This document shows, in pieces, positions 42,227 to 51,845 of a stretch of 64,000 bases of DNA; the first letter of the stretch is position 1; each line of letters starts with the position of its first letter. The notes under the pieces are model-generated. The model worked only from the letters and a program-made list of their open reading frames with translations. It had not been told where the DNA came from and did not search any database. The DNA is from an uncultured delta proteobacterium (GTDB lineage: Bacteria > Myxococcota_A > Polyangia > Polyangiales > Polyangiaceae), in NCBI GenBank assembly GCA_963806225.1, contig CAWDXG010000003.1, positions 271,723-335,722 on the forward strand, in the 5' to 3' direction. Made by a program: the position numbers and the translations under genes.

Positions 42227-42830
42227 TCACGTCTCCGGGCCGAGACCGTGATTCGTGATCTGATGGGCGACGACAGTCGCGGAAACCTCCAGCTCGTCTG
42301 CAAGCGCTTCGACCCGCTCGTCGTCGAGACCTTCGGCGATCCGCAAGCGCAACAGACTCGCGGGCGCCAGGAGCTCGGCGGCGAATGCGCGGCTGGCCGC
42401 CTGGAGCGCCGTTCCCGCGTTCGTGAGCGCGCGGGGCGCCTCGCTGGCCGCGCCGGCGGCGATCGCGAAGAGACCGCGTGCCAAGAGGAATCGTGCGTGC
42501 CTGCGCGGCCTGGGCGCGACGAACATGTGCGGCGCGCCCGATCGCGATGCGCCGACGAGCGCCTGGAGCTGGCGCACGTGGTCTCGAAGCGGAGCCCAGT
42601 CCTCGTTATCGCGCGTACCGGCGCGCAAAGCAGGCTGGCCACCATCCCGGACGAGGTCGCGCACGGTCGCGATGGTCGACGCAAGCGCTTGCGGAGCACG
42701 GATCTAGCGCCGCGGGCCCATACACGCCCGAGCGCGTCGTACCCGTCCGTGTGTCGTGAACCGTTGTGACGCATCGATCTCCGACGCGGATCTCGATGCG
42801 CGCCCAGGTCGCTGCCAGGACCGGGTGGGA
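42227..42830 (-). pseudogene. Internally deleted ImmA/IrrE-like protein
   Basis: C-terminal RFLLARGL...SRAFAAELLAP...LADELEVS...HQITN, and an out-of-frame N-terminal piece ATWARIEIRVGDRCVTTVHD...GVYGP. Confidence 0.55.
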
Positions 42831-42841
42831 CACGCCCTCGG

Positions 42842-42937
42842 CCGCCTCTTCCGCCCCCCCTGGGCCACCACCGAACAAGGCCGCAGCCTCGCCGAGCTCA
42901 TGGCCTTGCTCGACCTGCATATCGGCGATGCGCGGGA
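42842..42937 (+). repeat. Diverged copy of the 3' end of the sigma-54 activator gene (59726-59821)
   Basis: 96 bp with a few mismatches; encodes [21 protein letters not shown]. Confidence 0.9.
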
Positions 42938-43016
42938 GCGGGGCGGGAGCGGGAGCGGGAGCGGGGGCGGGAGCGGGGGCGGGAGCGGGAGCCGGGGCGG
43001 CGCTGCCAGACGGATT

Positions 43017-43796
43017 TCAGCGGCTGAACGTGTCCCACACTGCGCGGGGCACTTCGAGCTCGAGCTCGACGGCGCTGTCGTGCACGGACAGATGTCCGCG
43101 GCCGAAGCTGACCTCGCTCCGGCCTTCGATGAAGCGACGGCGCCAGTCCTTTCCGCTGAGCTCGCAGAGCTCGCGCGCCAGCGAGTTGAACGCGCGCCGC
43201 GCTTCACTGACGTCGCGCAGCGTGACGACGCGCCGCACGCGACCTTCGATGAGCTCCGTCTTGCCGTCGGGGGCGCCGAGCAGCACGAGATCGAGCAGCG
43301 TGACCGGCGGGGGCTTGTGCGGCGCGGGCGCAGGAGCGGGCGCCGCGATGGGGCGCAGCGTGTAGACGGGCTCGATGCCGCTCTCGGCGAGCCAGCGCGT
43401 GGCCTCGGCGAGCAGCGCCGCCTGCCGCGCGCGGAGCCAGTCCGCGCGCAGCTCGGCATCGCGAAAGACGATGTCGCGGAACAGGCGGAACGCACCGCGC
43501 CCGGACAGCGCGTGCTCCAGCCGCTCGCGCAGCTCCTCGTCGTCCACGCTCGCGGCGAAGTCGCGCATCCAGTCGTACTCGCCCTCGGCGCGCGGGATCG
43601 CCAGGAAGCGGCCCCACTCGTTGTCCAGCTGTTCGCGCAGATCCGCGTCGAGGCCCGGGTCGTCCGACAGCGCCACGACCGCGCCGCGCTCGCCGTCGAG
43701 GAACCACTCCATGATGTCCTCGCGGCTTCGCGCCATCGCTTCGAGCAGCGCGTCCATGTCGAGCTCGAGACGCCGGGTGCGGGTGTTGTTCGTCAT
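43017..43796 (-). CDS. UPF0158 family protein
   Basis: FLDGERG, YDWMRDFA, ALSGRGAFRLFRD, WLAESGI. Confidence 0.8.
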   Translation of the reverse strand: MTNNTRTRRLELDMDALLEAMARSREDIMEWFLDGERGAVVALSDDPGLDADLREQLDNEWGRFLAIPRAEGEYDWMRDFAASVDDEELRERLEHALSGRGAFRLFRDIVFRDAELRADWLRARQAALLAEATRWLAESGIEPVYTLRPIAAPAPAPAPHKPPPVTLLDLVLLGAPDGKTELIEGRVRRVVTLRDVSEARRAFNSLARELCELSGKDWRRRFIEGRSEVSFGRGHLSVHDSAVELELEVPRAVWDTFSR

Positions 43797-43799
43797 GCC

Positions 43800-44060
43800 A
43801 TCGACATTCTCGACGCCTTGCCGCAGCTTGGTGCGCTTTGTGTCGGCCAGACCGACATTTTCCGGCGCTTGCCGCAGCATGCCGCCCCTCATGTCGGCCA
43901 GACCGACATTTCCGCGCTCATGCTACGGCAAGGCGCCCGTTTGTGTCGGCCGCGCCGACATTTCCAGGCCCTTGCCGCGGCATGCCGCCCCTCTTGTCGG
44001 CCAGACCGACATTTCCACGCTCTTGCCACGGCATGGCGCCCATTTTGTCGGCCAGACCCA
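43800..44060. repeat. 51-bp array (family A variant), ~5 units
   Basis: TGTCGGCCAGACCGACATTT...TTGCCGCAGCATG units. Confidence 0.85.
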
Positions 44061-44178
44061 CCAGCCGCGCCGGCACCCAACCAGGTACCAGAGCAGGCGC
44101 GCCCTGCCCGCCCCCGCAGCCCGCTGGCACCTGCCGCGACGCCGGGAGCCGGCGCGGTGCTAGATTGGGCGGAGCAGC

Positions 44179-44748
44179 ATGACCGCAGCACCGCCGTTAC
44201 ACTACGGGTACGCCGAATACGTCGCCTTCGAGGCCTCGGCGGACGTGAAGCACGAATACGTCCGCGGTCTGATCCTGGCGATGGCGGGCGGTACGCCCGA
44301 ACACGGCGCACGGGCGGTGCGCGTGATGGCGGCGCTTTCGGCCGCGCTGCGTGATCGCAGCTGCGTCGTCTACGACCCGGACGTGCGGGTGCGCATCGCC
44401 GAGGCCGACGTGACGGCATATCCCGACGCCAGCGTCGTGTGCGGCCAGCTCGAGACGGACCAAGGCGACCCGCATGCCATCACGAACCCACTCGTCGTGG
44501 TCGAAGTGTTGAGCCCCAGCACCGAGGAATACGACCGCGGCGACAAGTTCGAGGCGTACAAGCAGATCGCTTCGCTCCGCGAAGTCGTGTTCGTGGCCCA
44601 CGATGCCGCGCGGATCGACGTGTGGCGTCGGGACGACGCGGGCTGGGCGCTGCGATCATCCGGCCCGGAACAGCGCGCGCGCCTCGAGTCCGTCGATTGC
44701 GAGCTCGCCGTCGACGAGATCTTCCGCGATCCGTTCGCTAGCCGCTGA
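44179..44748 (+). CDS. Uma2 (DUF820) family endonuclease
   Basis: KHEYVRG.ILAMAGGT..H, YPDASVVC, VEVLSPSTEEYDRGDKF. Confidence 0.92.
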   Translation: MTAAPPLHYGYAEYVAFEASADVKHEYVRGLILAMAGGTPEHGARAVRVMAALSAALRDRSCVVYDPDVRVRIAEADVTAYPDASVVCGQLETDQGDPHAITNPLVVVEVLSPSTEEYDRGDKFEAYKQIASLREVVFVAHDAARIDVWRRDDAGWALRSSGPEQRARLESVDCELAVDEIFRDPFASR

Positions 44749-44812
44749 ACCCCCCGGCCGCGCGTCAGCCCAGTGCACACGCGAAGTGCAAACACGTAGA
44801 CTCCCCGCGCAC

Positions 44813-47800
44813 ATGAACGAAATCGACTCTCTGCAAGGAGCCTTCGAGCTGCTCCTCGACTGGAACGAAGCGCTGCTCGAAGTGCCGCTCGTGAAGCTTC
44901 TGCCGTTGCTGAACGGCAGGCAACGCCAGCTTCTCTTGTCGCTCGCCGAACAGCACGACGCGACCAGCCTCGCCGAGCTGTGGGACGCGTTGGACGACGA
45001 GACGCTCCTGCTGTGGACGAGTCCGTCGCAGGTGCGCGATCTGTCGCTCGTGGTGGAGTCGCTCGCCCAGCGAGGTCGGGCGGCGCGCCCCCCGAGCGGC
45101 GCCGCTGGCGCGACCGAACGCAAACCGCTCGAGGAGTGGGCGGCCCAGCATGGCATCGCCGAGCGGCTGCGCGATCCGGCTGCTGCGATGTTCGGCCCCG
45201 GCGTGGACGCAGGCACAAGCCCCTTCTTCGACCTGCGAGGCAGCGAGCTCACCGTCCTGGACGCCCACCTCGGCGACATCCCGCCCGCCGTGCTGCAAGA
45301 AGCCAAGGGGCTGTTCAGGTACTATCACAAGCCGCGAAAGGGCGAGCTCACGCAGGCGTTCCGGCGCTACGCGACGCACTACCTGGACGGCTGCGCTGCT
45401 GCCGTCGCACGGCGGCGCGAAGCGGAAGCGGAAATCGCAGCGTTCTCTGCCGACAGCTCGCCTGGAAACGCCCACGCCGTCCGCTTTGCCAGGCTGTGCG
45501 CGTCGGCGCGCACCGACGCGCACGCGCACGCTCCAGAGCCTCCCCCAGGCTTGTGCTTCGTCCTGGATGCCGCCTTCGAGCCGGCCCTGCTCCGGGTGAC
45601 CGTCGCGAGCCGGAGCTTCCGCGAGGGCCGCTGGGAGCAGACCCGCTCGACCGAGGTCGGGCTCGGGCGTTGGGAGCTGGGCGAGCTCGACCTGCGTTGC
45701 AGCTGCGGGCAGAGCGGCGGTCGGTGCCCGCACGCCGCGCTCGCGCTCTCGACGGCGCTCGGGCTGCTCGTGCAGGACCGCTCGCCTTTGTTCGAGCACG
45801 TTCGTGTGCCCGGCTGGCAACGGCTGGTGGGCGCGCTCGACGAGCTCGTGACGGAGCGCGCGCGCTCCGCGGCCACGGAGTCCATGGAGCGCCTGGCCTG
45901 GCGCATCGAGGTCAAGCACGGCACTGTCCAGCTGGTCCCGCTCGTGCAGAAGCAGGGCAAGAAAGGCGGCTTTACCAAGGGTCGCCGCGTCGAACCGCAT
46001 CGGCTCGGCGCATCCAGGCGCCGCGCGATGAGCGCGCGCGAGCGCGACGCGCTCGAGCTCCTTTCGCGGAGCTACGGCGCGCCCGAGCGCGCGACGCTCG
46101 TCGCTGCCCTGCGCCTGCTGGAAAAACATCCCCGGCTTTCGATCGACGGCAGGGAGGAGCCGCCGCGCATCGAGAATGTCACGCTGCGCGTCGACATCGA
46201 AGAGCACGGCGAAGCGTTCGAGCTGGTGACCTGGCTGGACGACCAGCGGCTCGCGCCGGCGGATCTGCTCGCGGCTGTCGACGGCACGCGACACTTCGTC
46301 CACCTGCTGCCCGGGGAAAACCGCTGCCTGGTGGGCGAGCTCGACTCCGCGGCCCTGGTGATGCTCCGGAGCATCGCGCGGCACGGCGCTGTGGTTCCGC
46401 GCCACGCTGCCGACGAGCTATTGCGCCGGCTGCCGGAGTTGCAGGAGCACGTGGACGTCGCCCTGCCGCGTAGTCTGCTCGGCCGCCGCGTCGAGAGCGA
46501 CGACCGCTTCCACGTGGCGCTCGCGGAAGCGGCGCCCGGCGTGGTGGACGTTTCCGTGCGCATCTGCCCCTTCGGCCAGGGTCCGCGCCTGATCCCGGGT
46601 CACGGCCTGTCGCGCATGACCGGCACGCGCGGCGGTCGCCGCGTCCACGTGCTGCGCGATCTCGGCGCGGAGCGCGCGCGGCTCGAGCGCTGGCTCGGCG
46701 CTTCCGCGCTCAGCGCCGCCGAAGCGCTCGGCCCGGCCGACCGGCGCGTGAGCGGAGACGCGGACATCGTCGCGCTGCTTTCGCTGCTCGAAGCCGGCAG
46801 CGCTGCCGGCGAGATCGTCGCCGAGTGGTCGGGCCCGCCGCTCCGCCTGGCCGGCACGCTCTCGAAGAGCGCCCTCACGGTCGAAGTCTCGTCGCGCCGC
46901 GACTGGCTCGGCGTCGGCGGCAGCGCGGAGATCGACGGCCAGCGCGTCGAGCTCGCCATGCTGCTCGACGCGGCCCGCAGCGGTCGCCGCTGGGTCAAGC
47001 TCGCCCCGCGCCACTTCGCGCTGCTCGAGGCGGAGCTCGTCGAGGCCGCGCGCGACATGGCGGATCTGCTGCACCGGCGCGAGCGCGGTCTGGCGCTGCC
47101 GCCCGCGCTCGCCGGCGCGTTCGAGAGCGCTGTGGACGGCGCTCGCGTGGACGGCGCCGACGCCTTCCACGCCGCCGTGGAGCGCGCCCGCGCCGCGCGC
47201 GGTTACGAGCCGCGGGTTCCGCGAGGGCTCGGCCAGGTGCTCCGGCCGTACCAGGTGGAAGGCTACCGCTGGCTCGCGCGCATGGCGCGCTGGGGCGTTG
47301 GCGCGTGCCTCGCCGACGACATGGGCCTCGGCAAGACGCTGCAGTGCCTCGGCGTGCTGCTTGAACGAAAAGAGCAGGGCCCCGCCCTCGTCGTCGCGCC
47401 CACCTCGCTGGGCTACAACTGGCTGGACGAAGCCGCGCGCTTCGCGCCCGGCCTGTCGGTGAAGCTCTACCGCGGCAAGGAGCGCGCGAGCCTGCTCGAA
47501 GCACTGGGCCCGGGCAGCGTGCTCGTCACGAGCTACGACATCGCCACCCGTGACGTCGAAGCGCTGGCTGACATCGACTTCGCGACGCTCGTGCTGGACG
47601 AAGCCCAGAACGTCAAGAACGCGCTCACCGGGCGCGCCAAGGCGATCCGCAAGCTCCGCGCCCGCTGGCGCGTCGCCCTGACGGGCACGCCGCTCGAGAA
47701 CCGGCTCGCCGAGCTGTGGGGCCTGTTCGATGCGCTCGAGCCCGGCCTGCTCGGCGGCTGGGAAGAGTTCTCGCGACGCTTTGCGCGCCCGATCGAGGTC

Positions 47801-48697
47801 GAGGGCGACCGGGGTCGCCTCGACGCGCTCTCCGGTCTCATCCGTCCCTTCGTGCTGCGGCGCACGAAGCGCGAGGTGCTGCCGGAGCTCCCGCCGCGCA
47901 CCGAGCGCGTGCAGCGCGTGCCGCTCTCCGCCGGCGAGCAGGCGCTGTACGACTCCGCGCGCCTGGCCGCGCTCGGCCGCATCCAGTCCGGCTCGAGCGA
48001 TGCGCGCATCGAGCTTCTGGCGGCGCTCACGCGCCTGCGCCGTCTGGTCTGTCACCCGCGTCTGTACGACGCAGAGTCCACGCTGGCTTCGTCGAAGCTC
48101 GACGCTCTGCTCGAGATCCTCGCCGATCTCGGCGACGCCGGCCGCCGCGCGCTCGTCTTCAGCCAGTTCACGTCCTTTCTCGAGCTCGTGCAGAGCGCCG
48201 TCGCCCAGGCCGGCATTCCCGCGCTCCACCTCGACGGCTCCACGCCGGCGAAGGAGCGCGCGCGGCGCGTGGAAGCGTTCCAGCGCGGCGAGGCCGACGT
48301 GTTCCTGATCTCGCTCAAGGCCGGCGGCACCGGCCTGAACCTGACGGCCGCCGACTGCGTCGTCCACCTCGATCCCTGGTGGAACCCCGCGGTCGAGGAT
48401 CAGGCCACCGACCGCGCGCATCGCATCGGCCAGGATCGCGCCGTCAACGTCGTCCGCCTGGTTGCGGCCGGCACCATCGAGGAGCTCGTGCTCGATCTGC
48501 ACGGCGACAAAAGGGCCCTCGCCGCGAGCGTGCTGGAAGGCACCGACGCCGGCGCCCGCCTCTCCAACGACGACCTCGTCCAGCTCCTCGAGCACGGCCT
48601 GTCGAACGCCGGCGCCGAGGACGCGCCACCTTCTCGCCGGAAACCGACCCAGCGCCGGGCGCAGAAGACCCGCAAGCGAGACGCTAGCCCCGGCTGA
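44813..48697 (+). CDS. SWIM zinc finger + SNF2 family helicase
   Basis: SWIM CSC...CPH; LRPYQ, LADDMGLGKT, DEAQ, LTGTPLEN, FSQF, SLKAGGTGLNL, DPWWNPAVEDQATDRAHRIGQ. Confidence 0.93.
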   Translation: MNEIDSLQGAFELLLDWNEALLEVPLVKLLPLLNGRQRQLLLSLAEQHDATSLAELWDALDDETLLLWTSPSQVRDLSLVVESLAQRGRAARPPSGAAGATERKPLEEWAAQHGIAERLRDPAAAMFGPGVDAGTSPFFDLRGSELTVLDAHLGDIPPAVLQEAKGLFRYYHKPRKGELTQAFRRYATHYLDGCAAAVARRREAEAEIAAFSADSSPGNAHAVRFARLCASARTDAHAHAPEPPPGLCFVLDAAFEPALLRVTVASRSFREGRWEQTRSTEVGLGRWELGELDLRCSCGQSGGRCPHAALALSTALGLLVQDRSPLFEHVRVPGWQRLVGALDELVTERARSAATESMERLAWRIEVKHGTVQLVPLVQKQGKKGGFTKGRRVEPHRLGASRRRAMSARERDALELLSRSYGAPERATLVAALRLLEKHPRLSIDGREEPPRIENVTLRVDIEEHGEAFELVTWLDDQRLAPADLLAAVDGTRHFVHLLPGENRCLVGELDSAALVMLRSIARHGAVVPRHAADELLRRLPELQEHVDVALPRSLLGRRVESDDRFHVALAEAAPGVVDVSVRICPFGQGPRLIPGHGLSRMTGTRGGRRVHVLRDLGAERARLERWLGASALSAAEALGPADRRVSGDADIVALLSLLEAGSAAGEIVAEWSGPPLRLAGTLSKSALTVEVSSRRDWLGVGGSAEIDGQRVELAMLLDAARSGRRWVKLAPRHFALLEAELVEAARDMADLLHRRERGLALPPALAGAFESAVDGARVDGADAFHAAVERARAARGYEPRVPRGLGQVLRPYQVEGYRWLARMARWGVGACLADDMGLGKTLQCLGVLLERKEQGPALVVAPTSLGYNWLDEAARFAPGLSVKLYRGKERASLLEALGPGSVLVTSYDIATRDVEALADIDFATLVLDEAQNVKNALTGRAKAIRKLRARWRVALTGTPLENRLAELWGLFDALEPGLLGGWEEFSRRFARPIEVEGDRGRLDALSGLIRPFVLRRTKREVLPELPPRTERVQRVPLSAGEQALYDSARLAALGRIQSGSSDARIELLAALTRLRRLVCHPRLYDAESTLASSKLDALLEILADLGDAGRRALVFSQFTSFLELVQSAVAQAGIPALHLDGSTPAKERARRVEAFQRGEADVFLISLKAGGTGLNLTAADCVVHLDPWWNPAVEDQATDRAHRIGQDRAVNVVRLVAAGTIEELVLDLHGDKRALAASVLEGTDAGARLSNDDLVQLLEHGLSNAGAEDAPPSRRKPTQRRAQKTRKRDASPG

Positions 48698-48755
48698 CCG
48701 GCGCGCCTCTTCCGCCCCGCCTGGGCCAGCGTCGCGCGCCTGACGCCGGCTGTCT

Positions 48756-48909
48756 GGATGCTCCCCCGCGCTGCACGTCGCTAGCGCGCCCGTCCGTCCT
48801 CGCTGACGCTGCGGGCGGGCGGGGTCCCTCCTGCGCAGGCGAGAGCCCGGCCAACGCAGTGCGCGCTTCACGCCTCGCCGGGCTCTCGCGTGCGCGAGAG
48901 GTCCCGACG
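48756..48909 (+). repeat. Type 2 element
   Basis: Full-length copy, GGATGCTCCCCC...GAGAGGTCCCGACG. Confidence 0.88.
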
Positions 48910-48985
48910 GTCGCTGGCGAGCAACGACTCGGCGTCACCGCCCGCAAGGCAGGCTGCGGTCCGCGACACGTGCTATGTTTCCTGC

Positions 48986-49216
48986 ATGGATGAGAGGCGT
49001 GTGTTCGAGGATGCGCTGCGGCTCCCGATCGAGGCTCGCGCTGCCCTTGCTGCCGAGTTGATCGCCACGCTCGACGATCAGGTGGCTCCAGACGCGGAAG
49101 CGGCGTGGTCCGAGGAGATTCGACGGCGGCTGGACGAGGTCGATTCTGGCGTGACCCGGCCAATCCCCTGGGCAGAGGCGAGACAGAGAATTCTCGCGGC
49201 TGCTGGTCGTGGCTAG
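48986..49216 (+). CDS. Addiction module antitoxin (TIGR02574-like)
   Basis: ALRLP.EARAALA..LI.TLD...AWSEEIRRR...IPW.E. Confidence 0.85.
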   Translation: MDERRVFEDALRLPIEARAALAAELIATLDDQVAPDAEAAWSEEIRRRLDEVDSGVTRPIPWAEARQRILAAAGRG

Positions 49217-49275
49217 AACATTCGAGATCCACCCGGCTGCGCAGGAGGAGGCCGAGGCTGCCGCCCGTTACTATG
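49209..49275 (+). pseudogene. N-terminal stub of a ParE/RelE toxin
   Basis: MARTFEIHPAAQEEAEAAARYY, then an abrupt switch to unrelated sequence. Confidence 0.6.
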
Positions 49276-49479
49276 GTCGACGGGCGTATTGTCCTGGACG
49301 ATCCGATCGAGCTCCCCGAGGGCGCCGCGGCTGAAGTGCATCTCCTGCACGCCGACGACGAGACCCCAGAAGAGCGTGCCGCCATCGAAGCCGCGATCGA
49401 CGAATCCCTCGACGAGCTGGACGCGGGCCAGTCCGTAGACGACGACGCGGTTCGAGCGACGATACGAGCCTTTCGGTGA
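49273..49479 (+). CDS. Putative antitoxin (possibly 5'-truncated)
   Basis: DGRIVLDDPIELPEG...EERAAIEAAIDES...AG; followed by a toxin remnant. Confidence 0.6.
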   Translation: MVDGRIVLDDPIELPEGAAAEVHLLHADDETPEERAAIEAAIDESLDELDAGQSVDDDAVRATIRAFR

Positions 49480-49614
49480 AGCTCGTCTACGCGGGACCGC
49501 AAGGTGTTGCTGCCCCGAACCAAGAAGAAACTGTTCGTCACGCAGCCGACGCCGGAAGTTATCCACGTGCTGTGCCTGTGGGGCGGCCAGCGAGGGCGTG
49601 ATCCGAAGCTCTAG
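49476..49614 (+). pseudogene. Internally deleted ParE/RelE-like toxin
   Basis: MKLVYA start overlaps the antitoxin stop; out-of-frame C-terminus RKVLLPRTKKKLFV...IHVLCLWGGQRGRDPKL*. Confidence 0.55.
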
Positions 49615-49636
49615 ACCCCCGCCGAACACGTCGCGG

Positions 49637-49747
49637 GCGCGCCCGTCCGTGCTCCCTCCGGTCCGCGCGGGCGGGGTCCCTCAAGCGCAGGCGCAGCCCG
49701 GCCATCGCGGCGCACGCTCTACGACCCGCCGGGCTCTCGCGTGCGCG
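49637..49747 (+). repeat. Type 2 element; empty target site of the group II intron
   Basis: GCGCGCCCGTCCG|TGCTCCCTCCGGTCCGCGCGGGCGGGGTCCCTCAAGCGCAGG equals the joined intron flanks (one C indel). Confidence 0.92.
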
Positions 49748-50114
49748 ACGGCGGGCAGTGATGATCCGCACCCGCTCATGTGGCCGCACGGTAACCTCCC
49801 GAAGTGCCTGCAGGACCTTGTCTCTCGGGGATTGCGCCATCGCTCGTCTCCCACGGTGACGATGAACAGCGCTGCCTCCGTCAGCTCGCCGCAAGCGACC
49901 TTGTGCCGCCACTCCGCGACCGCGCGGCAGTGGCGCCCGGAGTTCCGACCACCGTGCCGGCCAAGCCTCCGCCGCCGACCGCTCCCCTCACCCTCGGCAT
50001 CTTCGGTCTCGGCCGCCGGTAGGGATGCTCGACGAACAAGAGCCGGGTGCTGGACGACAGTGCGATCAGGATGAGCCGGTCCTCTGGGAGCGGGAGCGGG
50101 AGCGGGGGCGCGGG

Positions 50115-51285
50115 CTACGGCAGTGCCGCGAGCCAGCGCCTCGCTGGGAGCACGTGTCGCCTGGCCTCTCCGTGCTGGACGAGCTGGATCGCGTGGGGCA
50201 CGTGCAGGCGTTCGGCGAAGTAGCGGAGCGCCGGGGCCGGGGCCGGTGCGCGCGTCTTCGCCTCGACGAGGAGCCAGGGCTTCTGGTCGCGCAGCACCAG
50301 GAAATCCACTTCACGCTTTTCGCGGTCGCGTACGTAGCGCAGCTCGGCGCGCCAGCCCTCGAACGTCCGTCAGGTGATGGCACAGCTTGTGGAGGTGCGA
50401 GGCCACCAGGTTTTCGTAGCGCGCTTCCGGAGCCGGCACCTCGCACCAGTCCCAGAAGTAGACCTTGCTCTCCTTGCGCAGCGAACGGGCCAGGTTCGCG
50501 GCATAGGGCCGCACGCGGAAGACAACGTAGAGGCGCTCGAGCAGATCGATCCAGGCCGACACGGTCTTGTGATCGACTTCGAGATCGCGGCGCAGCGAAT
50601 TGATGGACACGGGGCTGGCCACGCGCTCGCCGAGCAGATCGGTCAACTGCTCGACGAGAGCCACGTGCCGGACCTGGCTCAGGTCGCGCAGATCCTCCTT
50701 CAGCACCTGCTCGCGCCGCTGGATGCGCCAGCGCCGCGCTTTCCGTTCGGAACCCGACAGGAACGGCTCCGGAAACCCGCCCACCGACAGCAGGGCATCG
50801 AGCACGTCGGCGCTCGCCGGCTCGTGTCTGCTCCAGCGCTCCGGCGCATCCAACGACGATGGAGCGGGCAGCGCTCCGTCCCGCGCGATCTCGCCCACGC
50901 TGAGCGGATGCAGGCGGTATCCGGCGTAGCGGCCCATGAGCGAATCGCCCCCGCGCCGGTACAGATCGAGCCGCGCGCTGCCGGTGACGAGCAACCGCTG
51001 TCGATCGCCCTCGGTGTCGTGGAAGCCTTTGAGGAGCGACTTCCAGCGCGGGTACTTGTGCACTTCATCGAGCACGGCCACGGGAGCGCTGCGACTCCAG
51101 GCCAGATCGCGCATCACCCTCCGGTGCTCCGGGCGGTCCCAGTTCAGGTACACGGGGTCGGGGCCTCCGGTGGTCTCGAGCACGTGCCGCGCCAGGGTGG
51201 TCTTGCCGACCTGCCTGGGGCCGGAGACGAACACCATCTTCTCACGGAGATCCTCGAGGATCGGCTCGATCAAACCGCGCCGCAT
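50115..51285 (-). CDS. AAA ATPase + DUF4143 protein; frameshift near 50365
   Basis: GPRQVGKTT, LDEVH, VTGSA, GGFPEP, KVYFWD, ENLVA, then REVDFL...VEAK in another frame. Confidence 0.88.
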
Positions 51286-51356
51286 GCCTGGATAGGTTCG
51301 GACATAACTCCAAAATTGTCACGACTTATCTGGAGTTGGGTCCACAGCGTAGCCGT

Positions 51357-51665
51357 CATGCTCGCCCGGCCGGCGCAGCGCGCGCTTCACTCCGCCCGGC
51401 TCCGCGTGCGCGCGAGGTCCCGAGGGACAGCCGGGGCTGGAGCCGGAGCGGGAGCTTCAGGGCTCGTCGCGCGCGCATCCGCGTTTCCAAGCTGCTCGAC
51501 GTGCGGCATAGTGCCGCCGCTCCGGCCATCGCCGGTGCTCCGACGAACAGACGCTCGTGCCCACGCCGAACCGACCGACCGCCCCCCTCACCCTCGGCAT
51601 CCTCGGTCTCGGCCGCTGGGGCCACCGCCTCGCCGCGGCGTTCGCACGCACCGAGCAGAGCCGCC
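51357..51665 (+). repeat. Diverged copy of 38657-39000 (partial type 2 element + upstream region + 5' end of the Gfo/Idh/MocA gene)
   Basis: Shared GCATCCGCGTTTCCAAGC...GTGCGGCATAGTGCCGCCGCTCCG and PLTLGILGLGRWGHRLAAAFARTEQSR coding sequence. Confidence 0.88.
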
Positions 51666-51845
51666 GTCGGCCGCGCCCCGGTGCAGGCGGCTATATCCTC
51701 GCTCCCGCCGCGGGCAGGACGAGCCCATTGCCGCAGCATGGCGCCGCTTTTGTCGGCCGCGCCGACATTTTCCGGCGCTTGCCGCGGCATGGCGCCCCTT
51801 TTGCCGCGGACCGCGAAGGAGCTCGACGGCCAGCGCGCCCGTCCG

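Noticed and set aside
46418..48871. Long antisense ORFs (also 22231-23352, 24132-26597, 52008-53669, 54316-56502)
   Set aside because: These are shadow ORFs opposite well-supported genes in high-GC DNA.
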